A stretch of DNA of 63,990 nt, counting the filler, from Caldilineae bacterium (GTDB taxonomy: Bacteria > Chloroflexota > Anaerolineae > DTLA01): NCBI GenBank assembly GCA_037446815.1. It is 11 parts of 11 records of this genome, joined end to end, with 100 filler letters (N's around TTAATTAATTAA, not from the genome) between each part and the next. Parts side by side here need not be neighbours in the genome. Positions count along the whole stretch, not along the records: positions 48,383 to 54,150 come from JBBIHX010000178.1; positions 54,251 to 60,016 come from JBBIHX010000179.1; positions 60,117 to 63,990 come from JBBIHX010000218.1; 8 more parts are not named here. One strand, given 5' to 3'. Below the pieces are notes generated by a model. The model was not told where the DNA came from. It was given only the letters and a program-made list of their open reading frames with translations, and searched no databases. Both the position numbers and the translations under genes were made by a program. How positions within the stretch are numbered: the first letter of the stretch is position 1; the number at the start of each line of letters is the position of its first letter. Below are positions 52,584 to 62,080 of the stretch, piece by piece.

Positions 52584-53337
52584 GGTACGTTCCTCCCGAA
52601 TCCAGGCTGTTGCCTGTGTAATGGACGAACACATCCTCCAGGGTCGCGCCGTTGCCGCCGATGGACGCCTTGAGTTCGTCCGGCGTCCCGATAGCGGCGA
52701 TGCGCCCCAGGTGCATGATGGCGACGCGGTCGCACAGGCGGTCGGCTTCCTCCATCAGATGTGTCGTGAGCAAAATCGTGGTGCCGAACTCATGCCGCAG
52801 TTCCTCCAAGTGCCCCCAGATGGCGCGGCGCGCGTTGGGGTCCAGCCCAATCGTGGGCTCGTCCAGAAACAGCACCTGCGGATGGTGAATCAGCGACTGG
52901 GCGATTTCCAGGCGGCGAATCATGCCCCCCGAATAGGCGCGCACCAGTTTGTCGGCGCTATCGGTGAGGCCGACGAACTCCAGGGCCGCGCGCACGCGCT
53001 TGTCCTGCTCGGCCCGCGGCACGTCGTACAGTTTGGCGAAGATGAGCAGGTTCTCGTAGCCGGTCAGCGTGCCATCGGCGGAGATCATCTGCGGCACATA
53101 GCCGATGACGCGCCGGACGGCCGCGGCCTGGCGGGTGATGTCGTAGCCGGCCACACGGGCCCCGCCCGACGTCGGCGGGAGAAGCGTGGTCAGCATCTTG
53201 ATGGTGGTCGTCTTCCCCGCGCCATTCGGCCCCAGAAGCCCGAACATCTCCCCTGGCTCAATGCTCAAGGCCAGGGCGTCCACGGCGGTAAGCGTACCGA
53301 ATCGGCGGGTCAACGCCTGGGTTTCCAGAATCGGCAT
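52540..53337 (-). CDS. ABC exporter ATP-binding protein (DrrA-like)
   Basis: GPNGAGKTT, YSGGM, FLDEPT, TTH. Confidence 0.93.
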   Translation of the reverse strand: MPILETQALTRRFGTLTAVDALALSIEPGEMFGLLGPNGAGKTTTIKMLTTLLPPTSGGARVAGYDITRQAAAVRRVIGYVPQMISADGTLTGYENLLIFAKLYDVPRAEQDKRVRAALEFVGLTDSADKLVRAYSGGMIRRLEIAQSLIHHPQVLFLDEPTIGLDPNARRAIWGHLEELRHEFGTTILLTTHLMEEADRLCDRVAIMHLGRIAAIGTPDELKASIGGNGATLEDVFVHYTGNSLDSGGTYRETLRERRTARRLG

Positions 53338-53357
53338 ATGTCCCTCCAAGCGACGCA

Positions 53358-53792
53358 TCAGGCCCCGAACAAGGTGCGCAACGCCCGCATGCCCTCCACC
53401 ACGACGCCGCGGGCCGGCTCTTCCAACTGCGCCAGCGCCTCGGCCAGGCGGGTTTGCGTGGCCTCCGAAGCCGCCTGCAACATCGCCGCGCCCGATGGCG
53501 TAACGACCAGCATCACGCGGCGTCGGTCTGTCGGACTCGTCTGGCGCGCCACCAAGCCGCGCGCAACCAGGCCGTCCACCAGTTTGGACGCGGAGGGCGG
53601 GGTCAGCCCCAGGTGATCCGACACAGCAGTCAGGGAGGCGCCTGGGTGGCGCTGCAAGTACAAGAGGGCGCGAAACTGCGGCACCGACAGGTCGGGCGAG
53701 CGGTGGCTCCGCATCTCGGCGCGGATGACCCGCATCACCAGGGGGACCACGTCCAACACCTCGCGGGCGCACTCCTCGGGCGAAGGTCGCAT
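53358..53792 (-). CDS. MarR family transcriptional regulator
   Basis: LSVPQFRAL, HTH, LVARGLV, DRR. Confidence 0.92.
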   Translation of the reverse strand: MRPSPEECAREVLDVVPLVMRVIRAEMRSHRSPDLSVPQFRALLYLQRHPGASLTAVSDHLGLTPPSASKLVDGLVARGLVARQTSPTDRRRVMLVVTPSGAAMLQAASEATQTRLAEALAQLEEPARGVVVEGMRALRTLFGA

Positions 53793-53812
53793 ATTCGTTA
53801 GCCTCTCTCACT

Positions 53813-53853
53813 ATTAGATAATCTAATTATATTCGCGGCGCGCAGGCTGTCAA
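53813..53853 (-). promoter_or_regulatory. consensus promoter with overlapping palindromic operator
   Basis: Minus strand TTGACA, 16 nt, TATAAT; ATTAGAT-A-ATCTAAT at 53813-53827. Confidence 0.8.
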
Positions 53854-53869
53854 ATTCAGGCACGCCGCG

Positions 53870-54150
53870 AACTATCATTCCAGGCGGCCTCGCCGCGAAG
53901 AATCTCGCGCCCCTCACCCCTACCCTCTCCCGAAGGGCGAGGGCGCCGGAGGCCCCGTCATTCCGAGCGGCCTCGCCGCGAAGAATTTCCCGCCCCTATC
54001 CGTGCGATCCGTGGATGGTGGCGACAACGTGCGACGTGCCTACGAGGTGCGTCGCGCGTTTCATGATGAAGCCGAATCCCTTCCCGACTCGGTTGCATCT
54101 TGTGTTGGTGAAACGCATGGACACTCTCCTCGTGTGTCGTTGCGAGCGAA
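53870..54150. repeat. mosaic repeat cluster plus partial MITE (54086-54150)
   Basis: GCGGCCTCGCCGCGAAGAAT twice, CCCTCACCCC unit, terminus TGAAGCCGAATC at 54078, new terminus GACTCGGTTGCA at 54086. Confidence 0.75.
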
Positions 54151-54463
54151 NNNNNNNNNNNNNNNNNNNNNNNNNNNNNNNNNNNNNNNNNNNNTTAATT
54201 AATTAANNNNNNNNNNNNNNNNNNNNNNNNNNNNNNNNNNNNNNNNNNNNGGTCTTCTGGGGTAAAATGCAGCGCGAACTAACCGTACAGGATGTTTGGT
54301 GAGCACAATGGGTGGGCACGCTGCGCTTCTCGCTTCTGTTGAGATGCCCCGATAAGGGCCAGCCGCCGGCAGGCGGGCTGCCCTCATTTTGTGCCTTTCG
54401 CATTGGACGCCCAAACACAACATCGTGCCTTGCCGTGCATAGCGACAGGCAAGAGGAGGAAAT

Positions 54464-55039
54464 ATGAGCAAGTTGGTAGAAGTACGTTGGCATGGCCGCG
54501 GCGGCCAGGGCGCGGTTACGGCGGGAAAGGTCCTCGCCGAGGCCGCGCTGGATGCGGGACTGTACTTCCAGGCCTTCCCCGAGTACGGCCCCGAACGCAT
54601 GGGCGCGCCGATTCAGGCTTTCACCCGCATCAGCGATCACCCCGTTGACCTGCACTGCCAGATTGAGGAGCCCGACGTGGTAGTGGTTCTGGACCCCACC
54701 CTGCTGGGCACCGTGAAGGTAACCGAGGGCCTCAAGCCCGATGGCATCCTGCTGGTCAACACCAGCGCTTCGCCCGCCGAAATCCGCGAGCAACTGAACT
54801 TGCGCACCGGGCGCGTCTTCACGGTGGATGCCAGTCGCATCGCCATTGAGACGCTGGGCCGCGAAATCACCAACACGCCCATGCTAGGCGCGTTGGTGAA
54901 GGCGACCGGCCTGTTTGAGGTGGAGGCCATCGTGGAGCAGACCCGCCAGCGGTTCGCCAAGAAGCACATGAAGGCGGACATCGTAGAGGCCAACGTTGCC
55001 GCGATTCGTCGCGCAGCCGAAGAAGTCAAAGAGGGCTAG
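54464..55039 (+). CDS. porC: pyruvate/2-oxoacid:ferredoxin oxidoreductase gamma subunit
   Basis: EVRWHGRGGQG, FPEYGPERMGAP, NTPMLGA. Confidence 0.9.
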   Translation: MSKLVEVRWHGRGGQGAVTAGKVLAEAALDAGLYFQAFPEYGPERMGAPIQAFTRISDHPVDLHCQIEEPDVVVVLDPTLLGTVKVTEGLKPDGILLVNTSASPAEIREQLNLRTGRVFTVDASRIAIETLGREITNTPMLGALVKATGLFEVEAIVEQTRQRFAKKHMKADIVEANVAAIRRAAEEVKEG

Positions 55040-55062
55040 CCCTCGTCGGAAAGGAGGACACT

Positions 55063-55395
55063 GTGGCTAAGGGTTGGAAAGACCTCCCCATCGGAGGCAT
55101 GATTTTGGAAGCGGGTAATTCCGCGCAGTACAACACAGGCGCGTGGCGGGCCTTCCGTCCCGTGCGCGATGCCAGCCGCTGCACCAACTGCATGTTCTGC
55201 TGGGTCTTTTGCCCCGACTCCAGCATCCGCGTCAAGGATGAGAAGATGGTGGGCTTTGACCTGCTGCACTGCAAGGGCTGTGGCATCTGCGCCAATGTGT
55301 GCCCCGTCAAGTGCATTGAGATGCACGACGAAGCCGAGTTCGGGGGCTCTATGGAGATGGTAGATGAGCCTGGCCGCGCGGGAGGTGCCAAATGA
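55063..55395 (+). CDS. porD: pyruvate/2-oxoacid:ferredoxin oxidoreductase delta subunit
   Basis: TGAWR, CTNCMFCWVFCPD, CKGCGICANVCP. Confidence 0.9.
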   Translation: MAKGWKDLPIGGMILEAGNSAQYNTGAWRAFRPVRDASRCTNCMFCWVFCPDSSIRVKDEKMVGFDLLHCKGCGICANVCPVKCIEMHDEAEFGGSMEMVDEPGRAGGAK

Positions 55396-56579
55396 GCGAG
55401 TTCAAAGCACTGGACGGGACGGGCGCCGTCGCCGAGGCCATGCGGCAAATCAATCCCGATGTCGTCGCCGCCTATCCCATCACGCCCCAAACCGCCATCG
55501 TGCAGACGTTCTCGGAGTTCGTGGCCGATGGACTGGTGGACACCGAATTCATCACCGTGGAGAGCGAGCACAGCGCCCTGAGCGCATGCGTGGGCGCTTC
55601 GGCTGCAGGCGCGCGCGTCATGACCGCGACCTCGTCGGCAGGGCTGGCCTTCATGTGGGAAATCCTCTACGTGGCCGCGTCCAACCGCCTGCCCATCGTG
55701 ATGACCAACGTCAACCGCGCCCTGTCGGCCCCCATCAACATCCACTGCGACCACTCGGATTCCATGGGCGCGCGCGATGCGGGCTGGATTCACCTCTTCT
55801 GCGAGAATGCGCAGGAAGCCTACGACACGGTCATCCAGGCGGTGCGCATCGCCGAGCATCCCGACGTGCTCCTGCCGGTGATGGTGCTGTTTGACGGCTT
55901 TATCACCTCCCACGCCGAAGAGCGCGTGGAAATCTTTGACGACGCCAAGGTCAAGGCCTTCGTCGGCGAGTATCGGCCCAAGCATTCGCTGCTGAACCTG
56001 GATCACCCCGTAACCTACGGCCCGCTGGACTTCACGGACTACTACTTTGAGCACAAGCGCCAGCAGGCAGAGGCCATGCGCCACGCGCCGAAGGTCATCC
56101 TGGAGGTGGCCGAGGAGTTTGCCAAGACGTTTGGCCGCAAGTACGGCTTCTTTGAAACCTATCGGCTGGACGATGCCGAGGTGGCGGTTGTAGTGTCATC
56201 GTCCACCGCCGGCACGGCCCGCGCCGCCGTGGACAAACTGCGGGCGCAGGGGGCGAAGGTCGGCCTGTTGAAGCCGCGCGCCTTCCGCCCGTTCCCGGCC
56301 CAGGAGATGGTCGCTGCCCTGCGGCACGTAAAGGCCGTGGGCGTGATGGATCGCGCCATCTCGTTCGGCTCCATGGGCAACGCGGGGCCCCTGTTCCTGG
56401 AACTGGCCGCGGCGATGAAAATCTACGATGCCACCGTCCCCATGGCGGACTTCGTGTTCGGTCTGGGCGGGCGCGACATCGTCCCCTCGCAGATTGAGGG
56501 CGTATTCCACGACCTGCTCCAGATCGCCAAGACCGGCAAGGCAACCGACCTGGTCTCCTATGTCGGCGTGCGCGAGTAG
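55392..56579 (+). CDS. porA: pyruvate/2-oxoacid:ferredoxin oxidoreductase alpha subunit
   Basis: AYPITPQT, VESEHSA, NRALSAP, GLGGRD. Confidence 0.92.
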   Translation: MSEFKALDGTGAVAEAMRQINPDVVAAYPITPQTAIVQTFSEFVADGLVDTEFITVESEHSALSACVGASAAGARVMTATSSAGLAFMWEILYVAASNRLPIVMTNVNRALSAPINIHCDHSDSMGARDAGWIHLFCENAQEAYDTVIQAVRIAEHPDVLLPVMVLFDGFITSHAEERVEIFDDAKVKAFVGEYRPKHSLLNLDHPVTYGPLDFTDYYFEHKRQQAEAMRHAPKVILEVAEEFAKTFGRKYGFFETYRLDDAEVAVVVSSSTAGTARAAVDKLRAQGAKVGLLKPRAFRPFPAQEMVAALRHVKAVGVMDRAISFGSMGNAGPLFLELAAAMKIYDATVPMADFVFGLGGRDIVPSQIEGVFHDLLQIAKTGKATDLVSYVGVRE

Positions 56580-56597
56580 GCGGGAAAGGAGAGCAAC

Positions 56598-57533
56598 ATG
56601 GCAACGAAACTGAACCTGAAAGAACTGTCCAAGCGCGAAGACCGCCTGGCTCCGGGACACCGCCTGTGCGCGGGGTGCGGCGCGGGCATCGTGGTGCGCC
56701 AGATTCTGGCCGCGATTGACGAGCCTGTGGTGATCGCGAATGCCACCGGCTGCCTGGAGGTCTCCACCACCATCTTCCCGTACACGTCGTGGCGCGTGCC
56801 GTGGATTCACAACGCCTTTGAGAACGCGGCGTCCACCATGAGCGGCGTAGAGACGGCCTACCGCGCCCTCGTCAAGCGCGGCAAGATTCCCGAGCAGAAC
56901 GTGAAGTTCATCGCCTTCGGCGGCGACGGCGGCACCTACGACATCGGCATTCAGGCGCTGTCGGGTGCGTTGGAGCGCGGGCACAAGATGATGTACGTCT
57001 GCTACAACAACGAGGCGTACATGAACACCGGCATCCAGCGTTCCAGCGCCACGCCGCTGGGCGCGAACACGACCACATCGCCCGCCGGCAAGGTCATCCC
57101 GGGCAAGATGCAGCCCCGCAAGGACCTGACCGCCATCTGCGCGGCGCACAACATCCCCTACGTGGCACAGGCCTCGCCCCACAATTGGCGCGACCTGATG
57201 GAAAAGGCCCGCAAGGGCGTGGCCGCCGATGGCCCGGCGTTCCTGAACGTCCTGTCCTCGTGCAACCGCGGCTGGCGGCACGATACGGACACCACCGTGG
57301 AGGTCATGAAACTGGCGACGGAGACGTGCGTCTGGCCGCTGTACGAGGTTGAGAATGGCGTGTGGCGGCTCACGTACAAGCCCAAGGTCAAGAAGCCCGT
57401 TACCGAATGGTTGCAAGCCCAGGGGCGCTTCCGCCACCTGTTCCGCCCGGAGAATCAGTACATGATTGAGCGCATCCAGCAGGACGTGGATGAGCGCTGG
57501 GAGCGCCTGCTGAAACTCTGCGGCGAAGCCTAG
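56598..57533 (+). CDS. porB: pyruvate/2-oxoacid:ferredoxin oxidoreductase beta subunit
   Basis: [19 protein letters not shown] motif GGDGG...NEAYMNTG. Confidence 0.92.
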   Translation: MATKLNLKELSKREDRLAPGHRLCAGCGAGIVVRQILAAIDEPVVIANATGCLEVSTTIFPYTSWRVPWIHNAFENAASTMSGVETAYRALVKRGKIPEQNVKFIAFGGDGGTYDIGIQALSGALERGHKMMYVCYNNEAYMNTGIQRSSATPLGANTTTSPAGKVIPGKMQPRKDLTAICAAHNIPYVAQASPHNWRDLMEKARKGVAADGPAFLNVLSSCNRGWRHDTDTTVEVMKLATETCVWPLYEVENGVWRLTYKPKVKKPVTEWLQAQGRFRHLFRPENQYMIERIQQDVDERWERLLKLCGEA

Positions 57534-57558
57534 CGGGCGCGCGCACGAATCGCCACCG

Positions 57559-57591
57559 AAAAGGTCTGCACCCGACAGTGCAGACCTTTTT
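57559..57591 (+). terminator. intrinsic terminator
   Basis: AAAAGGTCTGCA-loop-TGCAGACCTTTTT. Confidence 0.85.
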
Positions 57592-57611
57592 CTTGCGCGT
57601 GATTCTTGCGT

Positions 57612-57640
57612 TTGACAGGCGCGGCCCGCCACCGTATAGT
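57612..57640 (+). promoter_or_regulatory. upp promoter
   Basis: TTGACA, 17 nt, TATAGT. Confidence 0.75.
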
Positions 57641-57778
57641 GGGGGCAAAGCGTCGCTAGGCTCCCTGTCGGGCAAATTGCCAATTTGCCCGACGAGTGCG
57701 TTCCCTCTCCCGATACGCCGAAAATGGAGATGGGAGCGTTCTGTTGCAGCACGAGACTCAACAGGAGGTCTTATCCGA

Positions 57779-58405
57779 ATGGCGCAGGTCTACCCATCGG
57801 GACATCCGCTCATCCAGCATAAACTGACGCTGCTGCGCGACAAGAACACCGAGCCGAAGAAGTTCCGCGAGTTGGTGCGCGAGATCGCCATCCTGCTGGC
57901 CTACGAGGCCACGGCGGATTTGGCGCTGAAGCCCGCGCGGATAGAGACACCCCTGGCCCCGTACAACGGCGCGCAACTGGCGGAGAAGATCGGCCTGGTG
58001 CCCATCCTTCGCGCGGGGCTGGCCATGGTGGAGGGCATCTGGGAGATGATGCCGTCGGCGGAGGTGTGGCACATCGGCCTGTACCGCGATGAGCGCACGC
58101 TGCGGCCCGTGGAATACTACAACCGCCTGCCGGTGGATCCGACTGTGCAGGTGTGCTTGATTCTGGACCCCATGCTGGCCACGGGCGGCTCGGCGGTGGC
58201 AACGGCCGACATCCTGAAGCGATGGGGGGCCAAGCGCATCAAGTTCGTCGGGATCATCGCCGCGCCCGAGGGGATTGAGCGGCTGACCACCGCCCACCCG
58301 GACATCCCGATACACGTCGCGGCCATAGACGAGCGGCTCAACGAGCGGGGCTACATCGTGCCCGGCCTTGGCGACGCAGGCGACCGACAATTCGGGACGG
58401 GCTAA
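57779..58405 (+). CDS. upp: uracil phosphoribosyltransferase
   Basis: [28 protein letters not shown]. Confidence 0.96.
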   Translation: MAQVYPSGHPLIQHKLTLLRDKNTEPKKFRELVREIAILLAYEATADLALKPARIETPLAPYNGAQLAEKIGLVPILRAGLAMVEGIWEMMPSAEVWHIGLYRDERTLRPVEYYNRLPVDPTVQVCLILDPMLATGGSAVATADILKRWGAKRIKFVGIIAAPEGIERLTTAHPDIPIHVAAIDERLNERGYIVPGLGDAGDRQFGTG

Positions 58406-58408
58406 TCT

Positions 58409-59488
58409 ATGGCGTTTGGGGTGGTGTTCGCGACCTCGTTCCTGGTGGCGCTGGCGCTGACGCCGCTGGCGGGGCGGCTGGGCCTGCGCCTCGGCATCGC
58501 CGATGTGCCCGGCGGCCGGCGCAAGCACGTGGGCCGCGTGTCCCGCCTGGGCGGCGTGGCGCTGTTCGCCGCGTTCATGGCGGCCATCCTCGTCATGACG
58601 CTCCTGCCCGCGGGCATCCGGCCTGCCACCAACGACCCGAAGGAGACCACGCGGCTGCTAGGCGTTGTCCTCGGGGCCATCTTCGTCTTCGCGGCGGGGA
58701 TATGGGACGACGCGCGCGAACTTCCGTCGTGGCCGCAGTTTGTCGTGCAGGCGGCGGCCGCGGGCATCGCCATGCTGTTCCTCATCTTCATTGAGGTTGT
58801 CAACAACCCACTGACAAATCGGCAGATTTGGTTCCCCTGGTACGTTACCATCCCCCTCACGCTGTTCTGGATCATGGGCGCGATGAACACGGTGAATTTC
58901 CTGGACGGGCTGGACGGCTTGGCGGCAGGGGTAACGGCCATCGCCGCGCTGGTGCTGACCGTGCACATGGTGCGCGAGGGGCAGTATAGCGTGGCGCTCC
59001 TCCCGTTGGCGCTGCTGGGGAGCACGCTCGGCTTCCTGCCGTACAACTTCCATCCGGCGCGGGTGTTCATGGGGAGCGGGGGGTCGTACTTCCTGGGGTT
59101 CGCCCTGGGCACGCTGTCCATCGTGGCGGGGGGCAAGGTGGCGACGCTGCTCCTGGTGCTGGGCATCCCCATCATGGACGTGGCGTGGCAGATCGTGTCG
59201 CGCATCCGGCGGCGGCAGCCCATCGGCCAGGGCGACCGAGGGCATCTGCACTTCCGTCTGGCCGACATGGGGTGGTCGCAGCGGCACATCGTGCTGGCGT
59301 ACTACGCCTTCTGCGCGTTGTTTGGCGGGTTGGCGCTGCTCATCTCCACGCGCGTGTACAAACTCGTCGCGCTGCTGGCGCTGGGCGCGCTGGTGGCGGC
59401 GGTGTTCATCTGGGCGTCGCGGCGCGGGGGGCCTGCGGGCGCGGGCGGGGCAGAGCGACAGGGCGGCGGTGATGAGCGCGAAGGATGA
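58409..59488 (+). CDS. WecA/TagO-like polyprenyl-phosphate GlcNAc-1-phosphate transferase (MraY family)
   Basis: GIWDD, NTVNFLDGLDGL, YNFHPARVFMG, DRGHLHFRL. Confidence 0.9.
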   Translation: MAFGVVFATSFLVALALTPLAGRLGLRLGIADVPGGRRKHVGRVSRLGGVALFAAFMAAILVMTLLPAGIRPATNDPKETTRLLGVVLGAIFVFAAGIWDDARELPSWPQFVVQAAAAGIAMLFLIFIEVVNNPLTNRQIWFPWYVTIPLTLFWIMGAMNTVNFLDGLDGLAAGVTAIAALVLTVHMVREGQYSVALLPLALLGSTLGFLPYNFHPARVFMGSGGSYFLGFALGTLSIVAGGKVATLLLVLGIPIMDVAWQIVSRIRRRQPIGQGDRGHLHFRLADMGWSQRHIVLAYYAFCALFGGLALLISTRVYKLVALLALGALVAAVFIWASRRGGPAGAGGAERQGGGDEREG

Positions 59489-59960
59489 CCCGGACATTCA
59501 CCATCGGCGCTCCATCCGCCTGTCGGCTGGGATTACAGCAGCGCGGGGGCGTATTTCGGAGTCGGTTTCAAAGTCTGTTGGTATCTACTGTCATTCCGAG
59601 CCGCGAAGCGGCGAGGAATCTCGCCCCTCACCCCAGCCCTCTCCCGAAGGGCGAGGGCGTATCGCCTTCGGCTCCGCATGACAGAGCGGGGAGGCGGTGC
59701 GCCGTACAGACCAACACAAGATGAAACCGACTCGTATTGTGTAACGATTTGCGCCCGGGGATGGCGAATCGGTTTTCGGCCATGCGGTGGACGGCGACAT
59801 GAAACGGAATGCCTGGGGCGATGTTGTTGCGGGATGTTGGCGGGACCTGCCGTGCCATTTCCCGACCGCGTGCTTGGGCGCGTTTGTGGTGATGCCCAAC
59901 CACGTGCGTGGCATCGTGTGGTTGAACCCCCCGCCCGAACCCACGGGGCGCAATCCGTGG
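59472..59960 (+). pseudogene. REP-associated tyrosine transposase (RAYT/Y1) pseudogene, frameshifted and interrupted by a MITE
   Basis: HHRRSIRL, frameshift, GWDYSSAGAYF, [MITE], VTIC, frameshift, FG...CWRDLPCHFP...FVVMPNHVRGIV (HUH motif decayed). Confidence 0.85.
59559..59733. mobile_element. complete 175-bp MITE with perfect 12-bp TIRs
   Basis: GAGTCGGTTTCA...TGAAACCGACTC flanked by GTATTTCG and GTATTGTG. Confidence 0.88.
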
Positions 59961-59961
59961 A

Positions 59962-60016
59962 GAATCGGTTCCAAAGTTTGTTGGTGTCTGTCATTGCGAG
60001 GGCACGCAGTGCCCGA
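59962..60016. mobile_element. MITE, partial
   Basis: GAATCGGTTCCAAAGTTTGTTGG...TGTCATTGCGAG. Confidence 0.8.
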
Positions 60017-60198
60017 NNNNNNNNNNNNNNNNNNNNNNNNNNNNNNNNNNNNNNNNNNNNTTAATTAATTAANNNNNNNNNNNNNNNNNNNNNNNNNNNN
60101 NNNNNNNNNNNNNNNNGTGGCAACGAGCAGGGGTGAATCAGCGGCCGAAACGTCGTCTGAAGCAGAACCACCTGTCTGCGGTGAGCCCAATGTCGGCG

Positions 60199-61077
60199 CT
60201 ATGGCTTCTTGAGCGCATCGGCGGCAGCCTTCAGTTCCGCCGCCTTGCTCCGCGCCAGTTCCGCCAGGTTGTTGGCCGCGTCCTTGCCGCTCTGGATGAT
60301 GCCGATGAGGGCGTGCATCGGGCCTGGCCCCGCGCCGATGACGAGGCCCGTAATCACCATGTCCAGCAGGCGGGGAGCCGGCGCGCCGAGGGTGCGGATC
60401 ATCCCCAGGTCGCCGAAGATGGCCACGCCCAGCCCCACGACAAGCCCGGCCCAGATGCACAGCGCGCGCTTCCACGCGATGTACTCGGGCGCGGATGTCC
60501 AGGCGCGCACGCGGGCCTCCGCCTGGGCCAAGCGGGCCTCGGCAGCGGCCAGCGCCGCCAGCGCCTCCGCCGACGCCTCTTTCCCGACGGCGCTCGCCGC
60601 CGCAGCCGCGGCCTCATACGCCGCCTGATACTCGCGCCCGATCCAGTCCAGCGCCTCCTTCGGCGCCGCCAGGACATCGGCCACGGCGCGCGACGACTGC
60701 TCAAAGGCGTCAAACGCCGTCTCCAAGAGCCGCTCCACGGCCACCGACACGGCGAGCAGCGGCCCAAGCACGGCGGCCACATCTCCGGCCACCCCCGCCG
60801 CCGGCGCCACGGCCAACAGCCACGCCAGGCCGTTCGGCTCGGCCAACGCCCGGAGCGCGGCCATCGCCAGGGCGATGAGCAGCAGCGTTCCGAGAAGCAC
60901 GCGCATGTTCACGCGCCACCGCCTACGGACGGGCTGCTTCAGAAGCCGCTCCTTTTCCGCCGCGGCCTCTTCTGGCGTCTTGGCGCCTTCCTCCACCAGG
61001 CGGTCCAGGGTCTTCACCGCCTCCAACTTGGCCGCCGTCTGCGCGGTCCGTTCCATGGACGAACTGGAAACGACCAT
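60199..61077 (-). CDS. hypothetical membrane protein with SHOCT-like N-terminus and Ala-rich coiled coil
   Basis: LDRLVEEGAKTPEEAAAEKERLL; several TM segments; AGGAGG RBS before ATG 61077. Confidence 0.7.
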   Translation of the reverse strand: MVVSSSSMERTAQTAAKLEAVKTLDRLVEEGAKTPEEAAAEKERLLKQPVRRRWRVNMRVLLGTLLLIALAMAALRALAEPNGLAWLLAVAPAAGVAGDVAAVLGPLLAVSVAVERLLETAFDAFEQSSRAVADVLAAPKEALDWIGREYQAAYEAAAAAASAVGKEASAEALAALAAAEARLAQAEARVRAWTSAPEYIAWKRALCIWAGLVVGLGVAIFGDLGMIRTLGAPAPRLLDMVITGLVIGAGPGPMHALIGIIQSGKDAANNLAELARSKAAELKAAADALKKP

Positions 61078-61189
61078 GCTCCACCTCCTGGAGTCCGACC
61101 GGTACATCCTTTGTCAACAGGCGGGGCAGCCCGGCCCTCATGGGGCATCGGCCAACCGCGCCACCGATTAGGCGCACCCCGCGGGAGCG

Positions 61190-62080
61190 TCATCGCCGAC
61201 GCGGAGCGCGTTGCAGCAGGTTCTTGAGTTTGGTGAGCAGCCTGCGGGAATAGACGCGGGCGAAATGCGTGGCCGCCTGCTCCATGGGAATTTCTCCGCC
61301 CGCTTCGCGGAGATACCAACTGTGCTCAATAATCCACAGATACAGGTCGGCCTCGGTGCGCCCGGGGAACTCGCGCAGGATCCCATGCTCGCGGATAATC
61401 TGCACCAGCGGCATGTACACGCGGTCGTACCAGGAAGCCACGGCCTCTTCATGCGGCACCTCGGCGTTGCGCTCCTGGCCCAGAAACCAGCGGTGCACCT
61501 GAATGTGCTCCGCGAGTTTCCCGTACTGCCCGGGGAGTGTCAGCCGCACATCGGCCTCGGGGCGGATGCGATTCAGCCCGGTGTCCTGCAGGAACAGGAT
61601 GCGCTCTTGTTCCAGCACGATATCGTCGAGGTCGGCATCGGGGGTGAGCGACACGGGGGTGGCGAGTTCCGTTACGTAGGCGTCCACGAATTCCTGGCCG
61701 CGCTCCCTGGCCACCGACACGCGGTGATTGCCGTCGCGCACGAAGTAGACATCGCCGATTTTGTAGAGGCTCACCGGCGGGAGTTCCACTTGCTCGTATT
61801 GCAGACGGTCAATCCGAATCCACCGGTCCCGCGTGTGCGACTGGCGCGGGAGAAAAGCCCGGTCAAAATCGCGGTAGCGGCTTTCGCTGCCGACAATCTG
61901 TCGGATGGGCACCGCCTGGAGGCCCAGGTCGCGCTGTCCTTCCACGGGCAGGCGGGCCCTCACAGCATCCAGCGGCAGCAGGTCCGTGTCCTCGCCCGTG
62001 AGCCAGCCCAGGATTTGGTTCCAGAAGGCTTTGCTCCGGGCATGTTGATAGTCGTCTCTGGCCATGTGCTCAAAACTCAT
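61190..62080 (-). CDS. ParB/Srx-like domain plus DUF4032-like domain protein
   Basis: IVGSESRYRDFDRAFLP, YFVRDGNHRVSVA, FPGRTEADLYLWI. Confidence 0.8.
   Translation of the reverse strand: MSFEHMARDDYQHARSKAFWNQILGWLTGEDTDLLPLDAVRARLPVEGQRDLGLQAVPIRQIVGSESRYRDFDRAFLPRQSHTRDRWIRIDRLQYEQVELPPVSLYKIGDVYFVRDGNHRVSVARERGQEFVDAYVTELATPVSLTPDADLDDIVLEQERILFLQDTGLNRIRPEADVRLTLPGQYGKLAEHIQVHRWFLGQERNAEVPHEEAVASWYDRVYMPLVQIIREHGILREFPGRTEADLYLWIIEHSWYLREAGGEIPMEQAATHFARVYSRRLLTKLKNLLQRAPRRR

Noticed and set aside
52540..53811. MarR-ATPase fusion suggested by the 423-aa ORF
   Set aside because: MarR is in a different frame with its own stop, and the ATPase has its own GGAGG RBS and ATG at 53337.
54251..54463. 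TPP riboswitch upstream of the TPP-dependent por operon
   Set aside because: The conserved CTGAGA and CCTGA...GCGTAGGGA-type core is not present.
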